From Spirogloea muscicola (taxonomy: Eukaryota): a stretch of DNA of 32,202 nt. Shown piece after piece: positions 21,627 through 32,202 of the stretch; position 1 is the stretch's first letter, and the number at the start of each line of letters is the position of its first letter. Where the stretch lies: assembly GCA_009602725.1 (NCBI GenBank), contig WELB01000001.1, forward strand, positions 62,001 to 94,202, in the 5' to 3' direction. The notes beneath the pieces are model-generated. The model worked only from the letters and a program-made list of their open reading frames with translations, ran no database searches and was not told the DNA's origin. Made by a program: the position numbers and the translations under genes.

Positions 21627-23558
21627 TCACAGCGGGACGGGCTTCCACCTATGACCAACTGCTATTTGCTTGTAACTGCATCCACCACAGGCAAAAGCTG
21701 TGAGATATTGTCTAGAATGAAAGCTGCTGCCAGGGCAAGCAAGTGCAAAGAATCACGTCACCAGGTGGCGCGATGGCTTGCTCTTGGCAATATAAAACAA
21801 TAATCTCACTACCAACAATCAAGATCTTCCAATCAACAGCATTAAGGCCAGATGAAGATAGTGTACCCCACCCTTGAAGAGCATTTTCTTCTTTGTACTC
21901 AATGTCATTGTTAGTTTCAAGTCGCCCATTTGCCTCCACCATGGCAGCACTGCAGGCAAGCAAAGCATCATACATGTATGAGCGTGGTGTACTGAGGACA
22001 GCACTGCTACAACAAGCTGGGGCAGCCATTTCTTGCCCTGGGTTGCCACAGCTAAAAAGCTTCGTAGTATAGAAGAATTGCCAGGAAAACATAGGACGCA
22101 AAGGCGATGGGACACATGCCCCTTGTCCATCTATTGCAAGAGCAACTATAACTGCCCCTGCCTTGCTGCAGCTCAAGTACCAGCAAGTCACACATGTGAG
22201 CACAGGAACACCAGATGCTAACCGGATAGAAACAAGGAGACCTTCCACTGTCATAGCCGGGGTCCAGCCGCTGAGGGTGAGCATCTCGAGGCAGATGGCG
22301 CCACCGTTGCTCACGTGCCCTGTGTGGAGCTTGAAGCGCGGAAAGACAACGCGTGTAAAGGGCGGGTGGTCGGGGAAGTGGTGGCTGAATGCCAATCGAA
22401 GCGTAATCACTCCATCCTGCGTCCTGCATGAAGCAGAAACATATTGACATGTTACCTACATGCACCGACATAAGAGCTAACGATTTGAGAGAATTCCTTG
22501 AAACTGCTCAACAAGGATGCAGATTCACTGTTGTTGATCTGACGCCATTGGCAGCAGTGGCGCAGCTTAAGAAACCGTCAACCTCCACGACTGCTCAATC
22601 CTCAATCCAAGCAGGAGTCAGCCGCGCACCTCAGCAGATCGTCATGCAGCTTGGAGTCTGGCGGGAAGCCTCCCAGCTTGGCCTCCCACAGGTACAGGTT
22701 GTCGTCTACAAGCTTGACCTCGACTTTGATCTGCCACCTACCTCAACGAGCCAACACCATTCTTAAAATCCCTTGTTTCTCAAGGGCCATCCATAAGATG
22801 AGGCAAACACATCCCAAGCCCTGCAACTGCAACTGTTGGAGTGCACAGACAGCCTCGGTTGAGCTCTTACGATCTGACACCTCTGGAGCTGCGGGACTCA
22901 CATTGCGACAGCAGGCCTGGAGGTCCCTGAGCTGTTGGCTCAGCGCCAGGCTGCTCCGACGGGTGCTCCCGGCGGCCTCGGAGCCGCTTGACGGCCTCGC
23001 TCCAGGAAGCAGGGAGTCAGAGTGCGCGGCACAGCGTTCCCCGTCAATGGCGTCTGTCTTTATCCTCTTCGCAGGCTGCCAATCGCTGCCCTCCATGGAG
23101 CAAGCGGCCTCCACAGCCTCCTCGTCCTCGCTCGGTGGAGCCGTGTCCTCCTCGCCGTCAGCGTCCTCGTCCTCGCCGTCCGCCAGCATGTAGCACATCT
23201 CGGCGGCGCGCAGCCGCCAGATCCGGTGCGCCTCGGTGAGCAGCTGCCGCACGCCGCAGCGGCCGGCGGCGCGGCCGCTCTCGATGGCCCGGAGCCACGC
23301 CGCGACGTTCGCGTCGTTGCGCTCCGAGCCGAGGGCCGCCAGCGCCGTGACGACGTGGGCCTCCTGGCCCGCGGACCCCGCCGCCGGGCCGACCGTCACA
23401 TCGAGCTGCACGCGGCCGCCGGCCAGGATGAACGTCGCGGTGGCCGTCGTGCCGCCGCCGCCGCCGCCGTCGACGACGGACTCGAGCTCCCAGGCTGCCA
23501 GGTCGCGGGGGTCCGGTGTGGCCCGCGGCGCCGCGTCCGCGAACGTGGCGATGCCCCG
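21627..23558 (-). CDS. UBE2Q-like ubiquitin-conjugating (E2) enzyme with an N-terminal extension and acidic linker; 5' end hidden by a gap
   Basis: Exons >23558-22902, 22730-22630, 22423-22223, 21949-21872, 21675-21627; phase-consistent. Spliced UBC: IKVEVKLVDDNLYLWEAKLGGFPPDSKLHDDLL...LRLAFSHHFPDHPPFTRVVFPRF...GHVSNGGAICLEMLTLSGWTPAMTVEGLLVSIRAAMVEANGRL...YKEENALQGYKQIAVGHRW. It has the GGAIC catalytic Cys and lacks HPN, as in UBE2Q. Confidence 0.85.
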
Positions 23559-23593
23559 NNNNNNNNNNNNNNNNNNNNNNNNNNNNNNNNNNN
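23559..23593. other. Assembly gap (N run) in the GC-rich first exon of the E2 gene
   Basis: 35 N bases. Confidence 0.99.
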
Positions 23594-23736
23594 CGGCGGC
23601 GGCGGCCACGGAGGCCGTGGGGGAGCGCGCGCGCAGCACGCGCCGGGATAGGCGCCGCGCAAAGCGGCGGGGCGGGCGCGCAGGCCCCCCGCCCGGCGTC
23701 GAGCCAGTCACGCCCTTGCTCTTCCTCCGATCTCCT

Positions 23737-23766
23737 CCATTTCCATTTCCATTTCCATTATCATTT
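23737..23766. repeat. Short (CCATTT)n hexanucleotide repeat upstream of the E2 gene
   Basis: ccatttccatttccatttccattatcattt. Confidence 0.7.
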
Positions 23767-24159
23767 ACTCTGCTTTACGCATCAGCAGCCGCATTCCACC
23801 GGGTCACAAGGGAATGAAGCGTGTATTGAGCGACGGTGGCCCGAACCTCACCATGTGTGCTTGATAAAAGTTGGCATCATACAGAAATCACTACCTCCAA
23901 GACTACTCTTTGAGCAAGCTACACCTACGGGTCAATCCGATAAAGTCGTGATTGATGTAAAACATAGTGAAACGTGAATTTTTGGTGTCATGCTCACACC
24001 GTCAAGATGGTACAGGTTTCTTAACGATAGCTACTACAAGAATCTCGGCAAGGTGCCAAAGAGAACGGCAAATGCCAGTGCTAGTACACTAATGGTAAGA
24101 GCGAGTCTTTCCAACTTCATCCCCTCTGCAGATTTCTTTTCCGTTTCTTGTGAGGTTCT

Positions 24160-24341
24160 GGAGCTTGTCGCCTGTGAACCTTTGGCTCCGTTCCTGGCAT
24201 CTAGTATTCATGCATCGAGTAGTGACCTTTATGTTTTGACCCGTGGTTATTGAGCGGGTCAATCTGCTGTAGGTTATGTAGATTTTTAGATGTGCTTGCC
24301 ATTGTACCTGGCCATATGGCCTACATTTCTTTCTAATACAC
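24160..24341 (+). mobile_element. Severely 5'-truncated, diverged RLE retrotransposon 3' end, subfamily A, copy 2
   Basis: Encodes ...SSIHASSSDLYVLTRGY* (stop ends 24253), followed by gcgggtca...tgtgcttgcc..gtacctggcca...ttctaatacac, homologous to 14590-14727. The 5' boundary is approximate. Confidence 0.8.
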
Positions 24342-27300
24342 GATCTCTTTCCTTCCCATAGCTAGAAGGCCATCCACTTCTCCATCACCATTATACAAAT
24401 TCACTAGCTTCTTCGCATAGGAAGGTATATGCTCATCAGCCCTGCAGTAAATTGACAGTGAATCAGCAATGACCAGCGATTCATATCATGACTCTGGACT
24501 ACCGTCACTTTCAAGGTACGTGGAGGAACGTCATTGAGTAGCTGCTAATGCAGGTGCATTTATTCGTGAGCTGGCAAAAAAGTTGGGCCAAGTGAGCTTT
24601 GTTAAGTAAGAGCAAAGCAGATAAATCTCCTAGAGAGACGACAGACAAGTGAATTGAGCTGTGTAACTTTCATCACCCCACGTTCGATGGACGTAGAGAT
24701 AATTACGAATGAAGTGGTAGTCTATCGAATATCGTCCAAATTCGAGGCCCTTCGGCCCAACCTGCAGCAAAGCTGTCATTGCGTGAACATGCCTCGCTTG
24801 ATGTGGACTCGCCTGACAAGGATCACTCTACGTCTCACCAAGCTAAAAGGGCTGTTACAGGTCCCCGGCAGCAAAGAATTTGATGTCCTTGTCCATACCA
24901 ATTCAAGTAAAAACGCAATCACATTGCCAACAAAGCGCGGAGCAGGCTTGGTTGCCTCCAGACCTTCACAGACAGCATCAAGTAGGTCAATACCGCAGCA
25001 CCCAGGCTTGGCTTTGAGAGATTCATGGTTTACATAAGCATTCCTCAAAATACTGGCTCACAGAAAGAACAATTCAGTGCATCCTAGAGATGGTATAGCT
25101 ACCCAGTGTGGCTTTGTCGTCGGCTTTCACAGTCTCCATCACAAAAGGCCTCCGTTTACCCTGAGGCATTCCAAGTCTTTCGCTTATTTAGTTGGGTCGT
25201 CTTCCCTGCTCAATCTAATAGCCTGGTACACTTGATGTGACAAGCAGCCACTCAGATCTCAAGTACCATCTCAACTCAGGGAGCAACATGAGGCATAAAA
25301 CAGCACTTGGAGGTCTTTGGAAGTATCTTACAGCCAATTCTTCTTAATCTTGTTTTCTTAAGGAGCATATATTGCTGTTTCCAGCTATATTTGGTCAAAA
25401 TGACAGCAATAGCACTCCAGCTACGTCCTTTCTCACACAGCACATGCAATGCTATCGCACTCACCGAGCTCATGGTGGGCGTGATGTCCAGCATCGGTCG
25501 CACGAGGTCCAGCATTTCTGCTCCTTTCTCATTTCTATTCTCACATTGTCAACATGAAAATGATGTCAACCTGAAACTCTTCTGCTCGGAACTTAGTAAT
25601 TGGTGTTGCAATGTGACAGGACAGGAGGCTGTTCAGGCAGAACAAGTGCATGTCATGAGTGCAACTATTGAAGGAACCTACACTGACATTACGAGGCCAT
25701 GGTCAGCTCAACTATTTAAGCCTGCTTGTGCAGCAATATATACATGCGCTACAAGATTGTAGACAAAGGAAAATGCATAGGCATATGCTCAACAAGTTGA
25801 GCAAGGCAGGAACTATAAGTAGTATATCAAATATAAGTAATAGAGGCCTCAGATCAGGAGGAAAGTAGCTAGAAGCTGTGCAAAGGAGTTCCTAGAGTAA
25901 GGTGGGGTGCAAAGAACAAGAATAGTACCTAACGGTGATGTATTGAGGGTGTTTGGTCATCGGTATGCCAGGCGATTTTGGCACTCCCATATATCCAACA
26001 ACAAGATCCTGCAGCAGTGTCCACAATGGAAAGTCGGTATCATCCACACCAGCTTCACGGTGCATCTTCAGGAGCAGCAAGTAAATCTTGTCTTACACAA
26101 TAGCAGATACATATTCAATTTGCTGAGCTCACCGCAAGTCCATTTGTGTAGTCAAAACAACTGCATGCACAAAGGTGAGTATTGGCATCAGATGGCTAGC
26201 ATGGCATATGAGCCTGACGATTGATTGGACACATTCCACTAAAAGAACACAAAGAGATTCAATTCTTGGTGTTTCATCTGTGTCAAGCACTGATATCTGA
26301 TAGCTTTCAGACTTTCAAACTGTCTCAACTTGAGGTTACTTGCTAATTACAGAAATACAGGAAAGGTTACTAAGTGCACACACACGGCAATTGCACACGA
26401 GAATCCAACTCTCATCAAGTCGTTTGTTGACAAAAGAGAGGCAGAGCGTATGGGCAGAGGAAAACAAATAGTGCCTACGTGTAACAAGAAGGAGCAATGA
26501 CGTCCTTCAGATCGTCTGCCGGCAGGCAGAAGTAAGGGACCTTCACAGGTAAGACTGGCTAACACGGTAAGATTTGTATTGCTTAATCTCGGGCCTTTGA
26601 TTCACTGACTTGAACATGGTATGCTAATGTGGAGGCAATCACCAATTCTAGACTCCAGCAAACTTCACAACATCATATGGAAGGCCACCACAGAAATGCA
26701 ACTCACCTCCTCAGTTCTCCCATCCAAGTGCTTCAAATGCACCTGCCACAATTGTCACTGCTTAATTCAGAGACTACTGAGAATGGAATGAGTCATGGAA
26801 TGGGCTTGCCACTGGAGACCAAATTTTACAAACTCTGTACGCCACTAGAGTACGCGTCATCAGGCTGTAGTGTAAGGTGCCTTGCAAGCAACCTTAACAA
26901 TCACAAGTAACTGGCTGCTGCCCTTGGTAGAGGGTCAAGTTCAAATGTATCCTTGTCACCAGTTTCACATTTTCATGCCTTGTAGTCTTGCATAAACTCA
27001 TAGTGGAGGACTGTCTGTGGGTCATCACTGGCAGCTCTCAAGAACTTCTCCAGACCCTCTCGCTTGCCGTTGTCCACTGCAATTGCAGCATACATACAGT
27101 ACATTAAGGCCTGAACATAGAACCTGGATGTAGGTGCAGATAGAGCACTTTGCAGGCAACTGGTACAGCAGTGTGAGTGTTATGAAGTCATCAGTGTATT
27201 TGTGCTGCTGTGATCCGAAAGCATACCACAATTTGTGCCAAGCACATAAAGCTTCTCCAGCCCCAAGTACTTCTCAACAGAACGCAATGCTACACATGAT

Positions 27301-29710
27301 ACAGACACTCCAGCAGATTAGGAAACGACTAAGCTGGACTTGCTGCTGATTACTGACCTAACTAATCATTTCATTGCTAGTGGTCAAAAGTCATTGTTGA
27401 ATATTGAAGGAATATAGCTTGATTGCCTCATACCCTGAATCTGGCAGCCAACTCCACAGACAAGCAGTCGCTTCACGCCAGCAGCCTGCAAGGGTGCACA
27501 CATACCAGGCATGACAAATTGTCCTTGCAAAGGCACACAGCAGAAATGCAAAGCTCCACAAAATGGTTCTCCCTTGTGAGTGAAAATTCTAAATACAAAC
27601 CGACCTGCTGTACATGTAGTGGCCCTTGTACTTACAATCATGTGCACAAGGTAACAATTCAGCCTGGTACCACGACAATTTGCAAAGGGCAAAGGCCCTT
27701 CTCAATTTGGTGCAAGCGCAGAAAAGGCCACAGCAGGACCTCTGACGTACCTCGACTAGTGCAAGTGTGTTGAGGTTAGGAGATAGTGTCGGCTTCACAC
27801 CCCTTGCGGCCAAAACCTCCTCTGGAGTCCTGTGCAAGCAAAGAATCGGATTGCTCTAAGCAACAAGTGGAGTGAGCAGGGACTTAGGGGCATGTACATA
27901 AGCTTTCATGTTATTGATCAGCACCGTGCCTCTGCCTGACCAAATTTGTGTCACCGGCATTGCAGCTTCATGACAGAGCCCGCAAAGGTTCCAAAGAGAC
28001 AAGAAGTGGCCGACAAAATGAAGTCCCATCCAACAGCTTTAGTATACAGGCAAAGGCACCTAGCAAGCACTGGTCGGGGTTTGAATCGATCATCCGGGTC
28101 ACTGCGCATTTAGAAAACATAGACAATCAGATCATGTTGACATAGCAATCTATCTGCTGCATTGTAGGACAACTTCCAAAAGAGTGTGAGGTGATGCTAG
28201 TCGTGATTCCCCCAGTCCTTGCAGACTACGGTGTGCATCAGGGCTCTGCAGTGAACCTCTGAACACAGACGACAGCTTCCACCTTTCCTAACCGCAGCAT
28301 TTCCATAGCTATGCTTGTTACAACACCAGTCCACTGTGCACCTGCCATGCAGTCGAGAGAGTTGTACTGATCTGTCAGATGCATTTTTTGGCTTGCATCT
28401 ACATCATAAGAACAACATCATTTTTTATTGGCTTGTGACGCTGTCCTTGCAGAAGTACAGTGATTTGTACCTACTCACAGCTAGCAGCTACTGTTGTATC
28501 ATCTCAGGACACCAAATCAAGCTCAACCTTCAGAGAAAGTGTGATCCCAATGACTTGAGAGCTGCAAGAGTGGGCAAGCTCAAGAACGTGCAAGAGCAAT
28601 ATTCTTATAGCAGACGCTTCACCTTCAACCGGTTGCTTCACCTTGGCGTACAGCATTTCTTGATGTACGCCGAAGTGTGTGTCATCCAGATTGTGAGGGT
28701 TTCTCCCTCGTCCATGTACCCGCTCTTCCAATTGCTGCAATAATGTAGATGCGGACAAATGATGAGGTGCTATCAAACTTTGAAAACACAATCCTGCTAT
28801 GCCAGCTTCTGCATTATGAAGGATGGTAACAATCACTTGCCTCAACTCGAGACATGCCTTTCCCAAGAAAGGCGCAGGCATCTTTCACATGAGCAATGTA
28901 GTATGTGTCGCATAAGCCGCACGAGCTGTGAGTAGCACCAATGCTTATTATGCCGTATCAGGCTCACAAAAAAAGGTAATAGCATGTCTTCACAGTAAGC
29001 CCCTGATTGCACCAGCCTTGCTATTCCAAGTAATTGCATGCTTCAATCTCATCCATAAGCTTCCTGTGTGGCTTGAAGCCACAAGGTCCAAGCAGCAGGG
29101 CGTGTACCACACTCTATGCAGGAAGAAGCATAGAATACTGTGACTTATCAATTGCTGCATGATTAAAGTGGTGGAGAAGGGCCAGACGCAGTCAATACAA
29201 AATCGAACCTGCAATGCTCCTTTGCAGGATATGTGCCCCCAGGTTTTATTGGTCGCGACCTCTCACGCCAGCTCCTGCCTTTCTCGACTGGCGTCTCTGT
29301 AGGGTTGATCAAGCAGCAATCACCTTCTTCAAGCCTTTGTATAGTGCTAATCATGCTGATATTGAAAAGCCATAATATTACTGAGACGAAATCCTTGGAG
29401 GTTACCAGGAAAAGATGTCCTGCAGATGGAATTGAGATACAGCAAAGTGCTGCAGGTGACTAAAGATACGGCGAATAGGGGCCATCAGGTGTCTCAGCAG
29501 AGACAGCGTGAGAGGGTTGGAGGAAGGAGGTCGAGAATGCGCGCAGCGGTCTTAAGCTTCACCTTCTACTACTGCAGCCACACAAATGTTGCGCCGGATG
29601 CCAGGCCGCACAGCACGTTTCCAAGGCCTGAGCTCGTGGCCTACAGGATGCTGCAGGCCGCGCTCTTGGGGTAAGGGGCGCGCGGGCAGCCGCGAGCACG
29701 CCGTCGCCAT
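24333..29710 (-). CDS. HCAR: 7-hydroxymethyl chlorophyll a reductase, chloroplastic (FrhB-like Fe-S flavoprotein), 19 exons
   Basis: Exons 29710-29563, 29296-29209, 28925-28841, 28734-28623, 28341-28257, 28101-28060, 27829-27751, 27485-27434, 27289-27227, 27076-26979, 26742-26707, 26540-26479, 26160-26133, 26008-25929, 25534-25465, 25160-25103, 24963-24899, 24761-~24668, 24441-24333. Motifs WRERSRPIKPGGTYPAKEHCSSCGLCDTYYIAHVKDACAFLG, GAQWTGVVT, GVKPTLSPNL, GVGCQIQALR, GTNCVDNG, HYEFMQDYKVHLKHLDG, APSCYTCFDYTNGLADLVVGYMG, GPKGLEFGRYSIDYHFIRNYLYV. The last intron has a phase problem (see findings). Confidence 0.96.
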
Positions 29711-30360
29711 AGCAGCCGCGCGGGCGCGCACTGAGCGCCAGCGGCCTGGGGAAATGCGACAGCCCGCGCGAGCCAGGCCACTACGTTGGAGGCCGAAGCT
29801 GTAGGTGTTGACGGTGGAATGGCGCAGGCAACGATGACGCCCCAGTGGAGTTTAACTCTGTCGTAACATGGACACCTGGCGAGGCTCGTGGCGTGGAAGG
29901 CCGCGTGGCGCCGACGTGGGGAGAGCGTCATGCCCGCAATCCGCAGTCGAGGGATGAAATGACGGAGCTGTTAAGCAAGCATCCACCCCGAATTGCCATC
30001 TGCATTGTCTTGTGCTTTGTAGTGTAGTCATTTTGTTAAGCAAACTACCTTACCACCTCTCTGTACTACATGTTGCCTTCTTCAATATTCATTGCCTTGC
30101 ATTGGAGAACTGTTTCTTTTGTGCAGCCCCATGCACAAGGCTTCAGGGCTCGGTGTCTTGACCTACTGCACCGGCTTGCAACAGAGAAGGTGCGGTCCGC
30201 ATGACAGGGAGGCCAGACCAGGCCAGTACACTACATGTAAGAAGAATAAAAAACAAATAAGAGGGGCTAAGGTAACAAACATAAATAACTGAAGGGAGCC
30301 TCTAGTACCAACGAGTGAGCACATCCATATCTGACAGACTACCTTGGGGAGCAATGCTGC

Positions 30361-31464
30361 GTGTGTACTTAGAGATGGAGGGCCATGTGTGGCCAAGTAC
30401 AAAGCCAAAGCAAAATGACAAATGTACGTCACCTGCTGCTAAGCTGACCCGCTCAGTAACTACGAGTCAGCACATAGAGGTCGCTAACTGATACCCGACT
30501 ATTGGACGGCAACCGACAAGCTCTTGAGCTACCAGCTAAGGCTCGACCAGCTTTCTGATGCAACGCATGAGCCTGAGCTCGCTGTAGACAAGCTGACACT
30601 CGACGATGCAAGAATGAGAAGTAGGCTGCCGGCATGCCCATCTGAGCTGGAAGCATATCCTCACGTCGAGCATATCCCAAACTTGAATAAGTATCCAGTA
30701 AGGGGGTGGAAGCGAGGGCCCATGCAGCCGAAAAAGTCAACTGCCGCCGGTAGGAGGTGATCGCTGCGGGGCAGTCAGAGTAGTATCGGAGCTTTCTCTG
30801 CTCAGCACCTCCCACTGCCTGGCCAGCAATGTGCGTCGAAGCGGAACTCTTGTATGCCTCCGTCACCACCACATCAACCAAGGCTTGTGGCCCTCCGCCA
30901 GGTCGTACACCCACAATGAGTGCGACGGTGATGGCGTCTCTGGAAATCCGTGGTGATAGGCATTACATTGCTTACTTCCACAATGATGCGGTAGCCGGCG
31001 TCGCGCATCAGGCCCGCCAGGGCGTCCCGTAGAAGATTATGGACGGCCACCACCTCAGGGCTTGTAGGACACCGCAACACGTGGGTGGCAAGGTCTCCGC
31101 CATCCGCACGGATGCCGCACTCACACTGATGAGTTACTCCAAACAGGCAGGTCGGGAGCAGGCCTAGGAACAGCTGGAGAAGCGTCCGGAATGCTTCCGG
31201 AATGCTTCGGTGCTGATGCTGAAAGCGTGATTGGGTGCGTTGGGAGCTGACCACCCCCCCCCGCAAGCCAGTGGCCTGGTGTAGTGCGCGCCCATGACGC
31301 TGATGTATGGCTAGACTAATCTGGAGAACACGGAATGCTGCATATTTAGCGAGAGCCTCATCTATCACTAACAATACTTGCAGGACGCTAGTATGCTCCA
31401 AGCTACTGGCCAGGCTACGACGGCAAGCGTCAGCTGAGCCAGGCGTTGGAGAAGGAAGGACCAC
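30361..31464 (-). mobile_element. RLE-type non-LTR retrotransposon relic, subfamily A, copy 3 (longest; zinc knuckle, RLE and 3' UTR, frameshifted)
   Basis: EAFRTLLQLFLGLLP...CECG....D..THVLRC......HNLLRDAL (CCHC knuckle and RH/HN motif), then ALVDVVVT...AEQRKLRYY...RRVSACLQRAQAHALHQK...SDLYVLTRSY* (stop 30453-30455). An 11-bp tandem duplication ccggaatgctt at 31186-31207 and other indels break the frame. No RT core is visible. Confidence 0.85.
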
Positions 31465-31479
31465 TTCATACCATCGCCG

Positions 31480-31575
31480 TTATGGATGTCCATCGTGCAC
31501 ACTTGAAAGTGGTCTACCCCGGGGGTGATCCTTGTAGTGCCGCTCCTTCATTTCTGCATGCGATGTCGCCCAGTC
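31480..31575 (-). mobile_element. Divergent RLE-domain fragment (related subfamily)
   Basis: The minus strand reads WATSHAEMKERHYKDHPRG, frameshift, DHFQVCTMDIH. This aligns with HAVGGAEQRKLRHYSDTPRSDHLLPSAIDTF of copy 1. Confidence 0.55.
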
Positions 31576-31670
31576 AGGCACAGACAGGCTTGCAAGACGC
31601 GCAGTGTCCCAAAGGCACCATCAAGAGCAGGCGAATTCTATCGCGCAGGCTCTCAGGCCGGCCCGCTGCC

Positions 31671-31711
31671 TTTGTGATTGCCGTTGTACTTGGCCACTTT
31701 GGCCTTCCATT
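31671..31711 (+). mobile_element. Isolated subfamily-A-like 3' UTR terminal fragment
   Basis: tgtgattgccgttgtacttggccactttggccttccat resembles tgtgcttgctttcgtacttggccacacaggccctccat (about 14676-14713) and 24292-24326. Confidence 0.55.
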
Positions 31712-31816
31712 ACGTTAGTCCCTCTGTCATGCGCACCACGCGCCTTCTCGGCCGAGACGGGCTAGCCAGCCGCATACCTGTCGTTCTTGCTTTGTTTCTT
31801 TGTGTGCTTGTTTTTC

Positions 31817-32116
31817 TAGCGCTTCCCCTGGCAACCTTCTCGTCATTTGTTAATTCTATTTTGGGCTGACTTTTCCAGCCCCTAGTCTCAATGGGCGAGC
31901 ACTTTCTTGCGCTGTCAAATGTCGGCCTGTTTGCAGCGAGCTCTGGCTCATGCTTTGCACCAGAAAGCTGGGCGAGCTCTAGTTGGTGACAGACGGCAAG
32001 GTGGCTTGGACCCTGCCTTATAAGAAGAAAGTGCTCGCCCATTGAGAATAGGGGCTGGAACAACCAGCCCGAAAAAGAATGAACAGAGTACGAGAAGGGG
32101 GCCAGGGGAAGCGCTA
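31817..32116. repeat. Inverted repeat: 92-bp arms (31817-31908 and 32025-32116) with a 116-bp spacer
   Basis: Hand alignment gives 80/92 identity without gaps; the inner 36 bp differ at one position. Confidence 0.92.
31903..32020 (+). mobile_element. RLE-element C-terminal coding fragment inside the inverted-repeat spacer
   Basis: FLRCQMSACLQRALAHALHQKAGRALVG versus FLHRRVSACLQRAQAHALHQKAGRALAG in copy 3. Confidence 0.8.
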
Positions 32117-32202
32117 AGTAACAGAAACAAAGCTGCTACGAGACACTCAGTAACCCCTGCTAAGCAGCCGCAGATCAGAGATGCTGGGCTCCTGGAAGTG
32201 GG
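32025..32202 (-). mobile_element. 3' end of a subfamily-B RLE element (ORF end plus a distinct 3' UTR), continuing beyond the window
   Basis: The minus strand reads HFQEPSISDLRLLSRGY*, homologous to SDLYVLTRGY*. The 3' UTR that follows forms the right arm of the inverted repeat. Confidence 0.7.

Noticed and set aside
31817..32116. MITE or foldback DNA transposon
   Set aside because: The right arm directly follows the retroelement stop codon (SRGY*), so it is a 3' UTR; no target-site duplication or TIR-type terminus was seen.

Overview
Eukaryotic, intron-rich genomic DNA from a GC-rich streptophyte. The gene set (ALOG, PHS1, Tic22-like, HCAR), short introns and very GC-rich first exons suggest a streptophyte alga; the taxon is my inference. 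I reconstructed seven genes by hand from splice sites and reading phase: (1) an ALOG/LSH transcription factor (+, 5'-truncated) with an intron inside its zinc ribbon and a long Gly/His-rich tail; (2) an uncharacterised protein with SW[S/T]P repeats (-); (3) a 12-exon serine carboxypeptidase-like S10 peptidase (+); (4) a Tic22-like protein (-); (5) the PHS1 tubulin kinase/dual-specificity phosphatase (-), with a (CT)76 microsatellite upstream; (6) a UBE2Q-like E2 enzyme (-); (7) 7-hydroxymethyl chlorophyll a reductase HCAR (-, 19 exons). The accessory content is a family of non-LTR retrotransposon relics carrying a zinc knuckle and restriction-like endonuclease (RLE), in at least two subfamilies. 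One copy appears to supply the HCAR stop codon. At 30.4-32.2 kb several fragments are packed together in both orientations, and two 3' UTRs form a 92-bp inverted repeat. Several splicing oddities are also visible: GC-AG introns, a phase clash in the last HCAR intron, and duplicated donors. I found no prokaryotic-type system (CRISPR, operon, rRNA, tRNA). The best novelty candidates are the RLE retroelement cluster, the algal ALOG gene and the orphan gene. No database search was possible, so homology calls rest on remembered motifs.
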